NCBI GenBank assembly: GCA_964016885.1
Contig: OZ024753.1
Location: 5,580,001 to 5,644,000 of the forward strand
DNA from: Eledone cirrhosa
Taxonomy: Eukaryota
Direction: 5' to 3'
Length of the DNA stretch: 64,000 bases
Shown: piece by piece, positions 42,414-57,002 of the stretch
How positions within the stretch are numbered: the first letter of the stretch is position 1
Layout of the letters: every line of letters begins with the position of its first letter
Program-made: the position numbers and the translations under genes
The notes under the pieces: generated by a model
Databases searched by the model: none
Seen by the model: the letters and a program-made list of their open reading frames with translations, nothing else
What the model was told of the DNA's origin: nothing

Positions 42414-43104
42414 CATATTTGCTTGGTTATTTAATTAATTGCCTTCTCTATTTAATTTATACTACTCTCTATTTCTCCATCATCTCTCTTCTCCATTTCT
42501 CCATCTCTTCACTTGTCTCCTTTTTCTCCTATCCATCTTTTCCTCTTTCTAGTCTTCTTGCTAACCTCCACTCTCCACTCTCCACTCCACTCCACACCAC
42601 ACCACTCTACACCACTCCACTCCAGACCACTCCACACCAAACCACTCCACACCACTCCACTCCACTCGTCCTTACACCCACATCACCATTGATTTACTTC
42701 ATCTCATTTTCATTTTTCTCTTTTAGCTTTTTCTTTTTTGTTTTACTTTCTTCATTTCCTTTTCCTTTTCCTCTTCCATTTTCGTTTCCACTAAGTAATT
42801 TTCAAAAGCTGGCGATGCAAAATTGCAATCCGACTTTTATTTGATGCAGCCAACCAAACTTCTATTTAATTAGCGCTTCTCATTATCATCCTTCTTTCAT
42901 TGCTTTGCAATCAAAAGCCTTCTATTCTCCGCAGCCCAACTGGAACTTTATTTCTTACATTTGTCCATCGTCTGTATCGTATCGCCTTTTCTTCTTCTTC
43001 TTCTTCTTCTTCTTCTTCTTCTTCTTCTTCTTCTTCTTCTTCTTCTTCTTCTTCTTCTTCTTCTTCTACATCTTCTTCTTCTTCTTCTTCTTCTTCTTCT
43101 TCTT

Positions 43105-43135
<31 letters not shown>

Positions 43136-43456
43136 TTTTGATTTCTGTTGGTTTTGAATTCTATCGAAACTCAGTCTATTCATTTTCATTATTCCTAAAG
43201 AAAAATTTCGTCGCTTTTCCTTGCACATCTCTATAACTGCTGTGTCTGTTGTGGTTGTTGTAGTTGTTGTTGTTACTGCTGTGTCTGTTGTTGTTGTTGT
43301 AGTTGTTGTTGTTTCTGCTGTGTCTGTTGTTGTTGTTGTAGTTGTTGTTATTACTGCTGTATCTGTTGTTGTTGTTGTAGTTGTTACTTGCTTTTGTATA
43401 ATTGTTGATTTTTTCACTTTTTATTTTGTTGTTACTGTCATCGCCATCTTTATTAA

Positions 43457-43492
<36 letters not shown>

Positions 43493-44057
43493 CATCATCA
43501 TCATCATCATCAGCAGCAGCATCATCATCAGCACTATCGTCGTCGTCGTCACCATAATCATCATCATTATCATCATGATGATGATGATGATGATGATGAT
43601 CATCATCATTATCATTATTGTCATTACCTGATTAACTATTAACACCAAGATCACCACTACGACCACGCCCTCCCCCCCACACATGGTGGTGTTGTTAGTG
43701 CTGTTGGTGTTGGTGTTGATATGGTAGTGGTGGTGGTGGTGATGATGTGATAGGAAGTGTTGACATGGTGGTTGTGTTGTTAGTGGTGTTACTGTTGATT
43801 TTGATATGGTGGTGGTGTTGGTGTTATAGCGGTGATGGTGTTTGTGGTGGTCGAGGTGTTGTTGTTAATGTTGGTGATTCTGGTAGAGGTGCTGTTAATG
43901 TTTACCTGAAGCCGCCATTAACTAGAACACAACTCATTATTTTAGAAAGGAATTGATTAGATAAAATATAAAAAACAAGACAAAACAAAGATGTATTTGC
44001 ATATACACACACGCGCCTGCCTCTTTTTACACATGCATATATATATATATTTATATA

Positions 44058-44127
<70 letters not shown>

Positions 44128-44338
44128 TATATACATATACATATAAATATATTATAATGTATATATATATATATATATATACTTATATAAATATAATTGT
44201 ATATCTATATATATATATTCATATAAATCCAGCTATCTTGCTCTCGCCTCTCTCGCTCTAAATATACGTATGCATACATAATTCTATATACATACACAAA
44301 CGCACACACACATATATATATATATAAAGATATACATA

Positions 44339-44369
<31 letters not shown>

Positions 44370-44977
44370 CATTTATATATATATATATATATGTCATGTA
44401 TATATATATTTAAATGTTATATATGAATATGGAATCATTTTAAAGGTTGACAATAAAATCATGATCACATTAATGTCACTTGGGGGCTTTTTATTTATTT
44501 ATTTATTTATTTATTAGTTTTGAATTGAATGGTGATATGATATAAGATAGAATAAATACCGCATTACTCAGATTTATTAATAGGTGAACTATACGTTCAA
44601 TATGGCATCGAATTGGCAAAGTCGTTAAAACGTAGGAGAGATTGCATTGTGTTTAGACTTCACGCGTTAATTCAATGTTGGCTATTTTCCATGTTTGATG
44701 AACGAACAGTATGGTGTCAGATATAAGGGATTTATGAACGTGTTTCTAAAAGTAAAATGCAAAATCAATGTCTTTTTCAGGAGTATTAGTTACTCACCTA
44801 AAGGAATCTGACATCGCTAGAGAACTGCAAAACACAATTTGCTGGATGCCCGAATTTGACTCTTGCTGCAGGCGAATAATAAATTAATAAGAATAAAAGA
44901 AAATTATAGACGAATAAGGAAACTCAAAACAAAGGCAAGCATAACAAAAGTTACTCGAACTGTGTTTACTCGCTTTG

Positions 44978-45033
<56 letters not shown>

Positions 45034-45120
45034 TTATATTTGGGGAGGGTCATATTGTTATAATACATACATATACATATATAAATATATTACAAAAGAG
45101 ATGTCTCACACGCGTGAAAG

Positions 45121-45292
45121 TATAAGGAAAAGAAATTGAAAATGTAACTGGAGTCTTTTAAGAATATTTATTTATTTACTTTACCGGTTTCACAGTTCTT
45201 TTGGTTTTCAAAAGTTAAATTGAAACCGGTAAAGTAAATAAATATATATTCTTAAAAGACCGCAGTTGCCTTTCCAATTTCTTTTCCTTATA
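45121..45292. repeat. 172-bp imperfect palindrome (~72-bp arms) containing a hammerhead remnant
   Basis: tataaggaaaagaaattg...taccggtttca / tgaaaccggta...caatttcttttccttata. Confidence 0.9.
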
Positions 45293-45361
45293 AATATATA
45301 TATTTAAACCGAGAAGATGATCCGACTAAGGTGAAATAATTGTTTTCGGAAATGGGGAATT

Positions 45362-45468
<107 letters not shown>

Positions 45469-45479
45469 ACCTCTCCCTC

Positions 45480-45520
<41 letters not shown>

Positions 45521-46073
45521 GACATATAAATACACAAGTATACATGTACATGTATTTATATGTATTAATGTATTTAATGTAAATATAGATATCGCTGTTT
45601 TGGAGATGCTGAAGGTTAAATCTTTGTAATGATGTCTAGTCATGTGTAGAATGGTTAAATCATGGAAATTATGTGTAAAATCAACTTAAATATGCGTGTA
45701 AAGAGAATAATAAGACGGAGAACAAACATCACGGGGTAGTTTTATTTTTTTTTTAAAATACATTTTGCAGGAAAGACAAACAGCGTGAAGAATGTGTTAA
45801 ATCTGAAAAATCTAGATACGAATAAATGTTACATTTTTTAAATGAATAAATTATCACGATAATGCGTGTTTTAATATATATATATATATAGAGAGAGAGA
45901 GTATATGTATATGTATATATAAAATATACATAAATATAAATATGTAAATGTTTATATATATGCCTGTGTATGTATGCATATATACATAAACAAAATATGC
46001 ACACACATATATGAATATATATGAATATGAATGTATATATATGTACATATATATATATTTACATATATATGTA

Positions 46074-46256
46074 TATTATATTGGCAGTATCGGTAGAGAG
46101 TCGGACGCCATGCTTTCCGGCATAGTTACGTCCCTTTACGGTTTGAGTTCAAATCCCGCCGAGGTTCACTTTGCCTTTCATCCTTACTGGGTCGATAAAA
46201 TAAAGTACCAGTAATGTACTGGATATTTGCTGCCCTTGTGCCAAAAAAGTAGAAAC

Positions 46257-46294
<38 letters not shown>

Positions 46295-46402
46295 GTGTGT
46301 GTGTGTATGTGTGTATGTGAATGCGTGTGTGTACATATAATTATATATATTTATATAATTATATATATTATATAATGATATATATATATAATGATATATA
46401 TT

Positions 46403-46436
<34 letters not shown>

Positions 46437-46584
46437 AAATATATATATATATATATATATTTTATATATATATATATATATACACATATATATATATAAA
46501 TATATATAACTATATAATATATATAATTATATAAATATATATAATTATATGTACACACACGCATTCACACACACACACACACAG

Positions 46585-46615
<31 letters not shown>

Positions 46616-46800
46616 ATTGTTTCTATTTTTTTGGCACAAGGGCAGCAATACCCAGTACATTACTGGTACTTTATTTTATCGACCCAGTAAGGATGAAAAG
46701 CAAAGTGAACCTCGGCGGGATTTGAACTCAGACCGTAAAGGGACGTAACTATGCTGGAAAGCATGGCGTCCGCTTCTCTACCGATACTGCCAATATAATA
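46074..46800. repeat. ~730-bp fold-back palindrome: SINE A(+), microsatellite, (AT)n centre, microsatellite, SINE A(-)
   Basis: Arms are reverse complements, including the non-SINE gtgaatgcgtgtgtgtacatataattatatatatttatataatt segment; centre at ~46450. Confidence 0.95.
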
Positions 46801-46963
46801 AGTAAAATATGTATATACATGCAAATTGTTTTAATTCATTCATTTATTTTTATCGAAAAAATTGGAGAACATTAACATAGAAACATGCCTCGAAAACAAG
46901 AATATCAAGAATATCAAGAATATCAAGTATGGGTGATTATTTATTTATTTATTCATTTATTTT

Positions 46964-46998
<35 letters not shown>

Positions 46999-47117
46999 TT
47001 CATTATCTATTTATTTGTTTATTTATTTATTTATTTATGTATACATCAAATCCAATGAAGATCTACATGAAGTTTGAGAAAATATATTCCTAAGATGGAA
47101 ACATGAAGTTTTCTTTC

Positions 47118-47305
47118 TGAAAGTTCATAGTCTTACTATGAAGGATTCATGATAGAGCTGTGAAATCTTGCGTGCATTAATTTCAACTCTTCTTATTAAT
47201 AATTGCATTGTTTCTTTCCAGGGACTATGTTAAAAAATAAAATTCATTTGGGCATTCCTTGAAAGTTTATTTGTCAGCTTATGAACTTTTCCGCCGACCC
47301 TCGTA
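47118..47305 (-). mobile_element. mariner-type MITE, near complete
   Basis: Ends gtcagcttatgaacttttccgccgaccctcgta; body matches the 22455 and 26918 copies. Confidence 0.8.
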
Positions 47306-47392
47306 TGTATTGGAATTTCATATTTGAATAGCTACTGCTTTCTAAATGTTTATTTATAAACATAACGTATTTCTTTTTAAATACGAAATTCC

Positions 47393-47510
<118 letters not shown>

Positions 47511-47662
47511 TCGGGTAGAGAAATCGCGAGAAATCGCGATGATTCTTTTCTAATGAAGTGTCAATAAGCTGCGAACTATGTAAAGACAATCACAATATTT
47601 TCATTCATCTGTCTGTCTGTCTCTCTCTCTCTCTCTTAAACACACACACACACACACACACG

Positions 47663-47730
<68 letters not shown>

Positions 47731-48858
47731 TATATATATATATGATGTAATATTCAATTTATAAGTCAGCAGCTGTCTTACAAATAATACAAATATGGAA
47801 ATCGGTTAAGAATTAGGAGTGTTCAACTCTTATTTGATTTTAGAGATGAATAAAATTGTTAAGAATATATACGTATAGAAAAGTCTACTGTGGGCGAAAT
47901 CTATTATACAAATTTAATGTTGGATGCCATACCTTTTAGCTAGTAAAGAGGACCCAAAACCAACGTAAGTATATTCTTTATAATTTTATTCCGTTTTCAA
48001 ACGATCTAGTTTCTCTATGAACACACTGATTATTACAAATGAATTACATTCTTTGAAAAGAACATTCCCAAAATCTTATCTAATTTTCACAAATATATAA
48101 ATATAATTTTGAAAACAGAATTAGAAGTATTCACCGTAGATTTATTTGAGATAATAATCCAATATAAAGGCATATGAACCATCATAACGGAAAAAATGGG
48201 TATTAACATGCCTGAAAATGAAATCCACTCCTCTTATTTTCGCAATAAGTAAGTTAGATCGATTACACCTACACATGTAATCGTTCTAACACACATTTAT
48301 CGCGGTGAAAACAAGAGATGTGAGTTCGATCATCACGTAGTTAATTTATGGTGACAATCTCTAAATCTAGTTTCAAAAATTTCAATCGTCACTTCATGCT
48401 CATTCCAACGTGCTGTCATAAATATATTTCAACTATAGTTTAAAGAAATGTTTAAAATTGCTACATGGTATTGTTGAATCCTAAGGAGGCTAAAATACAT
48501 ATGAAATTAGAATAACTTAATAAATACAAAATATATCAATCATTTATATGATTATTTGTTTTTCGCTCAATTTACTTTGGAAACAAAAACTATTCTACGC
48601 TCCGTTGATTTAATAAATAACGGGTCCGTTCTTAAACATACTGTATGTATAAATAGAAGCTTTCGCCTTACTTTTACACCAACACATCACAGTGGACTGG
48701 ATAACCAAAGATGTAAGTTCGACTCCCATGTACGTCAATACTCATCTGTTTCTTAGAGGGTTCTAAATCTCGCTATCAGGCTAAAATTTCTTTTGTCAAA
48801 AATACGGCAAAGCTAACCTCGGTGTAAGTTAAACTCAGAATGTAAAGGGATGTTATTG

Positions 48859-48951
48859 ATAAGAAGAGTTGAAATTAATGCATGCAAGATTTCACAGCTT
48901 TAGCATCACTCCTTCATAGTTAGCCTATGAACCTTTCAGCCGTCCCTCGTA
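48859..48951 (+). mobile_element. mariner-type MITE, right end
   Basis: ...gcctatgaacctttcagccgtccctcgta TIR. Confidence 0.8.
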
Positions 48952-49639
48952 CTCTCGATTTTACATTTGTCCATGTCCTTCACTGAAAATGTATGGCTTT
49001 TTGCCAATGCTAGAAACTATCAATAATATTTCTTGTAGATCAATACCACCTCTGCAATTTCTGTGTAACAACCTACTTTAGTTCTTAACTATCATGTAGA
49101 AATATTTTCATTTGCCAAACATTAAGATAATAAATAAATAAATATACCGACATTTTATGAACATCTTATGTCTGTTCGTAAATATGAATTCGTTTTTTTT
49201 AAAGACATTTTATGATATAAGAGCATTCTTTAATATCAACTCTTTTTCTAATTGTAAACAAACTTGCCAGAAACTATCAATACATAATTGATAAAGCACT
49301 ACTTACATAGAAGTGGTTTAAATGAAAATTGTGAAAAGAAATATAAAGGTACTTAAGCTTTATGGGGGGAATATATAAGGGTCGCTGACTAACTCTGTTT
49401 TCTAGGAGCTATGTAGATTATAGATACTTCCATTTCTATTCGGAATAAAGGCAGCAGTGTTAAAAAGTCGGAAAGAATGGTTTGTGGTAGTTGTCAATTT
49501 TGCCGTTCATCACCTCGAGGTCGACAAATAGGATACCAGTCTGGTAGTAGGGTCAGTTCTTCTTCTATATCTCTTTCTAGCGCGCCCCTCTCTATTTTCT
49601 CCTGGGGTCCATAAGAAATACCATCATCTCTGCTTCTCA

Positions 49640-49840
49640 ATAATGATTTCTAGTATGGGCACAAGGTCAGCAATTTGAAGGGGAGGGAAAAGTCGATTAA
49701 ATCAACTCCAGTGCATTACTGGTACTTTATTTTATTGACCCCGTAAGGATGAAAGGCAAAGCTAACTTCGGCGGAATTTGAACTCAGAACATAAAGTGCC
49801 GTAAAGCCTGTTGTCCGACACTCTACCGATACTGCCAACC
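49640..49840 (-). mobile_element. SINE family A
   Basis: Core motif match. Confidence 0.88.
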
Positions 49841-50595
49841 CACTGCTCTTCTGCTTCACCATACATGATATACAAGTTGTATCAAAAAGGCTATATTTTG
49901 AAACAAATGACCATGTAATCATGTGGTAACTTGTACAATACATGTCTGAATATAAAGTTATATTCTTGTTTTATAACTTCTTTCTATGTACTTGGAAGCT
50001 CGGACTACATCATTCAACATTTTTTAAAGGCAGTTCTTTGTTATATGGTGGACATTTAGCTGTTATTTTTAGCTGGTTATGCAATCACGTAGGCGTTGCC
50101 TCGTACGACGTAAGCAAGTCACCACCACCACCACCACCACCACCACCAACATCACCACTACCACTACCACTCTTCGATTACATCGTATTAAACCAGTAAT
50201 ATTACACTTCATTTCTGAAATAGTCGTCCATGTGTAAAGGACGAGCCTTACAGATCATTGTAATCAGAACATATTAATTAAGTCCCCGATTTAGAAAGCT
50301 GCAAATTATCGATAAATAAATCAATCAATAAGAGAAAACTAATTAGTTTAGTTATCATTTATTTCATTAATATGTAAATTTCTTTCCGAGAATAACTATG
50401 ATAAATATTCTATAGGAAAACCTTTGATATCAAATATAATTACTTCTAATGCTAACTTGAACTTTAAAATCAATTCTTAGAATATTCAACTTATACATAC
50501 ACACGCACACACACACACACATATATATATACGCATACATACATACATACGTACATATATACGTACATATATACGTATATACATACATACATACT

Positions 50596-50656
<61 letters not shown>

Positions 50657-51044
50657 TTACATACATACATACATACATGCATGTATGTATGTAAGTATGT
50701 ATGTATATATATATATATATATGGTGGTGGCTGCCAACTAGTTTTCGAGTACGGCCACTACTCTATATCCATGTACCAGAACCCCTACCGATGCGCTGAA
50801 CGAGTGTGACTTTTTAGTCGAGCCAGCGACTTGAAAACTCTGGTACAAACACTACACTTGTGACAATTATTGACACATAGTGCTGGGCCCATGGTACTAT
50901 GTGACGACAAGTGCAGAGAGATCTCCAGATATAAAGTAATGCCTGTGCCGTGAAGCTTTTATAGTGAGCAAAGGCACCGGAGTCCGAGAGATGATCCACT
51001 CTGAATCTGATGTTGATATCTACTTTATAATATTGTATATTTCA

Positions 51045-51367
51045 ACTGGCAGAGTCGTTAGAACATCGGATAGAATACTTTATGGTATTCGTTCCGCCTC
51101 TCTGCTCTCTGAGTTCAAATCCCACCGAGGTCAACTTTGCCTTTCATCCTTTCGAGGTCGATAAAAAAGTACCAGTCTAGTACTGGGGTCGATTCTTCCT
51201 CTATATCTCTTTCTCATTTCATATATCTCACTTTGTATCTTTCTCTGGAAGAAATCTGCTGTACTCAGGCCTGGAGAAGGATGTGCTCCGCCTGGCTTCG
51301 AATGCCCAAGAAACGCCGTATGTCAATACGGCACCTTACGTCTCTATAAGGAGTTACGGGACCATAC
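51045..51367 (+). mobile_element. SINE family A variant with extended tail (related copies at 32755-32985 +, 38745-39020 -, 55045-55255 -)
   Basis: Tail tctctggaagaaatctgctgtactcaggcctggagaaggatgtgctccgcc...ggagttacgggaccat is shared among the copies. Confidence 0.8.
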
Positions 51368-52301
51368 GTATATATTTCACATGTTTGATTCAATAAACGC
51401 ATCGTGTTTTGTAAAGCATTAGAATTTATTATTTCAGCTAAATCAGTGAGATGGGTAATATGAACAGTGCAGGTGTAATTTTAAATTAGGTTTAGGCCAC
51501 CCTTAGGGGTAATATGAAAGTGATTTTAGAATACCGGGGTATATTTGAAATGGGAATGACTTGACGTGTTTACACCAGAGATAAGATTCGAAATACTGCC
51601 GAGCTCTAGGCTTGTTTCCTGGCTTTCAATTGATTTTGCCATTCGAAATCTTTAAGAAGAATGAAAGCAAATGAAAACTGAAGCTAAGACCTTCTTTACA
51701 CATATTTTTCTTCCCGTAAGATCTTTGTTTACTTAGTAAAATTATATTTTCAGCCTACTTAATATCACTTTTCTTTCTTCTTCTTCTTCTTCTTCTTCTT
51801 CTTCTTCTTCTTCTTCTTCTTCTTCTTCTTCTTCTTCTTCTTCTTCTTCTTCTTCTTCTTCTTCTTCTTCTTCTTCTTCTTCTTCTTCTTCTTCTTCTTC
51901 TTCTTCTTCTTCTTCTTCTTCTTCTTCTTCTCCTTCTTCTTCTTCTCTATTTGTTTTTGTTTAAAATTGGTTTGGAATATGTTTATGAATGTAAAATTAG
52001 GGATTATACTGTTGTTATATACACAGGATTTCAGCCAAGCAAGTGAAATAGAAAGACATGAAAAGCAAATCTCCAACAAACCAAGATATACATACAAACA
52101 CAATGTATAAAGACACCAGGCAAAAAAATCAAAGCCGTCGGCTAATTGAAAGTAAATGGAATGCAAACAGTTTTAACAAACAAACACAGAAGACAATGGT
52201 AGGAGACAATAATAACAAAAACGGCATGCTAATAACAAAGTTTCCACGGGGGCCATTTGTGTTGCTAGATATAGTAGCTAAATTTCTCTCAGAAAAACAC
52301 C

Positions 52302-52500
52302 TTAACCCTTTCATTACTATATTTCTAATGAAATATAGTAATGAAATTCACTGTCTATGATTTTTGAATAATTTTGAAAATAAATTTGAAAATACTCAAG
52401 AATTTGGAGGGATTTGGAGAAATAACTAAATTTGTGATTGGAACATATCTTGCAGGTTCTTACATAAAATTAAGTAAGAATTTCTCATATAAAATGCAAG
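52302..52500. mobile_element. possible piggyBac-like (TTAA|CCC) terminal fragment
   Basis: ttaaccctttcattactatatttc; an isolated aaagggttaa end occurs at ~21735. Confidence 0.4.
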
Positions 52501-53421
52501 CAATTTCAACAATCATTTGTTATTCTTTCTGCTCTTTGCATTCTGAGTTCAAATCCCGCCGAGGTCATCTTTGTATCCCCCCTCTCTCTCTCATTTAAAA
52601 TCTACCGATTCCTTCCCGACAATACCCCCTTTTTACATCTTCTCATCCAAAAACACACTGGTACTAATATTCCATTCAAAGAGTGTATACACAGAGTACT
52701 CTACTTTTGCTGAGAGGGTCCTGGATGACTATTTGTTAAATGTTTCCATAATCATGAAACTGAATAACATTTAGGATGCCAATGAAACTCTACTCTGGTA
52801 ATAGAATATGTTAAAATCAGTTTTCTGGCCTCAATAAAACTGATAATAAGCTGACACTTATCTTTAGTTTTGGCTAACTTTAATTGGATAAGAAATATAT
52901 TGTTTAGATGGCTTTTTTGTTTCTAGTTGTAGCTTCTTATTCTTTTATATAGAACCAACACACATCATTCAGAATTTGCAACTTAAGAAATAATTTACCT
53001 TTCGTAGCAGTCGATAAAAACAAACACGTCACGATCGTCTAATATTACGAAAATCTTTTATAGATTTTTCATTTACAACTAAACCCAATAGCGTACTAAA
53101 ATACAGAATATTGTTTATCGCGGTAAGGTGTTTTTTCTTGGTTAAGATAGCGGTCATAATTCAAAAATGGTGTTGCTGCTCTGCTAAATAATGCATTACT
53201 TTATGGTGAAAATGATGGATCCTCTGTCGGTTTCAATGATGAACATTCAATTGAGCCACCTGTTTCAAAAGCATAAGTAACTGAGTATTCTACAGATACG
53301 TGTACTCTTAACGTAATTTTAAGGACAGTTCAGTGTGGATCAATGTGTGTTTCACCAAGCGTGAAGCTAATAACACTATGTATCATTGACTCCTGCATTT
53401 GTTTGTTTATTTGTCATTTTG

Positions 53422-53481
<60 letters not shown>

Positions 53482-53654
53482 AAATTTTCGCTCTACATGG
53501 CTGAATACAATAAATGTAATCTGAGGTTTTCGAATTAATAATAACATTCGATTCGTTTGCAATTACGTTTGCAGTTCTGTTCACATGCCAAGATAAGAGC
53601 AAGAATGGCTATAAAATTAAGGCTTGTTTGCGTAATTGTAAACGAGAGAGAGAG

Positions 53655-53756
<102 letters not shown>

Positions 53757-55623
53757 GGAAAACTGCGACAGCTTATAAGTAATGCGGCTTTCCTATTCGT
53801 AGTAAAATTACACAAAGGCACATAAGAAATTCTTCTTCTCGAATGCATGACATAATCACAGAAAAACTGCCGGATGAAGGTGTGGTAATTTGCAGTCAAT
53901 TCTTAACATTCCTAATATATGTTGGAGCTCCATTCTTGTACAGGAACATGTAAGGTAGCGAAAAGCGACAAATGTGACTTCAATAAAAGAGAGCACAATA
54001 CACCACACTTCCTTATGTAGTACAATATAATGTTAGATGTTAGGAAATGTGATGTACTGTAAATATAATCAACATTTATTAACATTTTTCTTTATATTTT
54101 CTATCCAAATTCCAAATATTAAAATATTTAGAATTATTCATTGAGGGAATGTTTCCTTATTTAGAGGAGGGTGGAGGTGCTGGTGGTGGAGGTGGTGGCG
54201 GCGGTTTTGGTGGTATTGCATAAATATTTTTGTAAATAACTACTTGTTAGAAAAAGACACGTGAAAAGAATAAATATATTCCAATTTTTTAAATCGAATG
54301 AATTAATAAATAAAATAAAATAAAACACGAAACATGCTTGTGCTGAAGGTGTTATTGTTGTTGATTATCACCACAAGCACCGCCGTCGTCATCGTTTTCC
54401 CCTCCTCTCCCACCCCTTCTTCTTTTTCATCATCATTATCATCATCATCCGGGGTCGATTTAACCGACTTTTCTCTCCCCACAAATTAGTATCCTTATTC
54501 CTATGTTAGAAACAATTATTTGGAAGAAAATCGAAGACACAATGAAATTTTAACACATGCAGTTCAAATGTTACGCTTTAAAGAATCTTAATTATCGAAC
54601 GAAATCGTAATCAAAATTTGAACAAAATAAAACAGTGTTCTGAAGGATCATAAATGTATAGATCACTATAGAAATATGAACATTCATATAACGTGGACTT
54701 TGTATGTCTCGCTAGACATCATAACCATTTGGTAAGAAACTCTCTCAGAAGAGCTGGAAAGCAGAAGGTTTATAAGTTTATACATCACAATAGAAAAAAT
54801 AAGATTTATGTAACGAACTTTGTATGTCCCGCTAGACCTAATTACCATTTTAATATCCTTTTGTTAACACTTTATCATTTGAATGTATTATTTTAAAGAT
54901 TGATGACCCTATCACCCTTGTCTTATGATCAGTAACATTAGAATCATCACCATTGCTCGTGATTTATACGTTCTGCGTTCAAATACCACCAAAGTCGAAA
55001 TTGCCTTTCATCCTTCCGGGGTCGATAATTTAAAAGGAGTCATTGGGGCGTCGTATACAGCAGATTTCTTCCAGAGAAGGATAGAGAATGAGAGACTGGA
55101 AGTGAGAAAGGAATATAGAGGAAGAATCGATCCCAATACCTGAAATAAATGAAAGGCAAAGTTGACCTCGGTAGAATCTAAACTCAGAGAGCAGAGAGCC
55201 GAAAAGAATACCGCAAAGAATTCTATCCGACATTCTAACGACTCTGCCAACTCTTCGTACAAGGATTAACGTAAAATAAAGTATCCCGCCCAAGGACATA
55301 ACGCACCATCCGGACCAGCTCACGAATCTCACTAATGTGAATCTAACTATGTAACCACTAAGACACGCGCATTCACTTTTATATGTAACCGACTTTTAAA
55401 TTATGCCAGGTGAATGGCGATTGTTGAAAAAAAAAAAAAAAATGAAAGGAAAATAAGGCAAGAAAGGAATATTTTGCTTATATTGCAAACGATACAGATG
55501 TGAATAAGAAAATATTAATAAAAAAGATAGGAGGAACGAGAGAAATAAAAGAGAAATAAAAATATAAATAACAGAGAAGAAACCATTCACAAATATTATC
55601 TTCTTCAGTATACACACGCAAAC

Positions 55624-55728
<105 letters not shown>

Positions 55729-55782
55729 GGTGTCTATGTGTGTGTGTGAATATGTATATAACATGGTTATGTTTAAAAGCAT

Positions 55783-55815
<33 letters not shown>

Positions 55816-56277
55816 AATGAAACAAATTTAGCCTTGAAATGTTTATATTGATTCAGTAATCAAATGTTAAAACAAACACAAACACATACATACACATGCA
55901 CACACTTACATACATACACACATACATACATTCATACATACATTCATACAGGCACATATATATATACATACATACAATCGTACATACATAAATACATTCA
56001 TACAAATATACAAACGTGCGTGCACGGACACGCAAACAAAATCCGATAAACAACTCCCCCTCCCAACAGAAACAAAACAAAACAAAGAAAAACTAAAAAC
56101 AAGAATATAAATGAAAGAAAAACAAAGTATAAAGCATTTCAGCCCAGCAAATATTTCTTAAGAAAAAATATAATGTTGAGAAAATATGTTCAAATATTTT
56201 TACTTATCAAACAATCATGATATATACATTTAATTTATCCGAACACATGTGATTGTAGAGACGATTAAAAAACAAAA

Positions 56278-56371
<94 letters not shown>

Positions 56372-56413
56372 ATGATATTTAATAAATGGAAACTATATAT
56401 TTATAAAACCATA

Positions 56414-56479
56414 TTTATTCTATTATATATATTTCAAGGGTACCAAAACTTTGGCACGCTTTCATCAGATAAAAATAAA
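56414..56479 (-). ncRNA. type-I hammerhead ribozyme, canonical core
   Basis: TTTATTTTTAT CTGATGA AAGCGTGCCAAAGTTTTGGTACCCTT GAAA TATATA TA ATAGAATAAA: ~10-bp stems I and II, palindromic stem III ATATATAT, AUA triplet. Confidence 0.8.
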
Positions 56480-56667
56480 GTTTGTTTTATAAATATGACG
56501 TAACCAAGAAAAGATACCTTACCGGTCAAGTTTTTCTTGGATATATATATATATATATATATAGAGAAAATTGAGGTTGGTAATGGCACATGGAATATAT
56601 AAGAGACAGAATACTTTTTTGTGAAAAAACATAATTTTATAAGGTAAGGAAATAATAAAGGGTCTAA

Positions 56668-56715
56668 AAAATGACCGGTTTCGATGGGTCTGCAAAAGCC
56701 ATCTTTTCAAATGTT
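56668..56715 (-). ncRNA. minimal type-I hammerhead ribozyme with U3:A8 variant core
   Basis: AACAT TTGAAAA GATGG CTTTTGCAGAC CCATC GAAA CCGG TC ATTTT: perfect 5-bp stem II, ACCGGT palindromic stem III, GUC triplet; stem I weak. Confidence 0.72.
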
Positions 56716-57002
56716 GATTAATATTAAGAAAAATTAATAATACGAAGAGTTAAAATTTGAGACTTGAAAATTCAAGTATAAAATTCATTGTGGGATTTCA
56801 TAGCAGTTTTCATCATAGGTAGCAACAACAGGTTGACTGCTGTGTCCCTTTCTGGTAGTGAATGAGAAGTTATTTGGGGTGTGGGTTATTTTATAAAGGT
56901 CAGATTTAGCAATAGCCAGCTGCTGGTCAGTGAGGGGGTGGAAGCAATATACACACACATACCTTCATCCACACATACATACACATACATATACATATAT
57001 AT

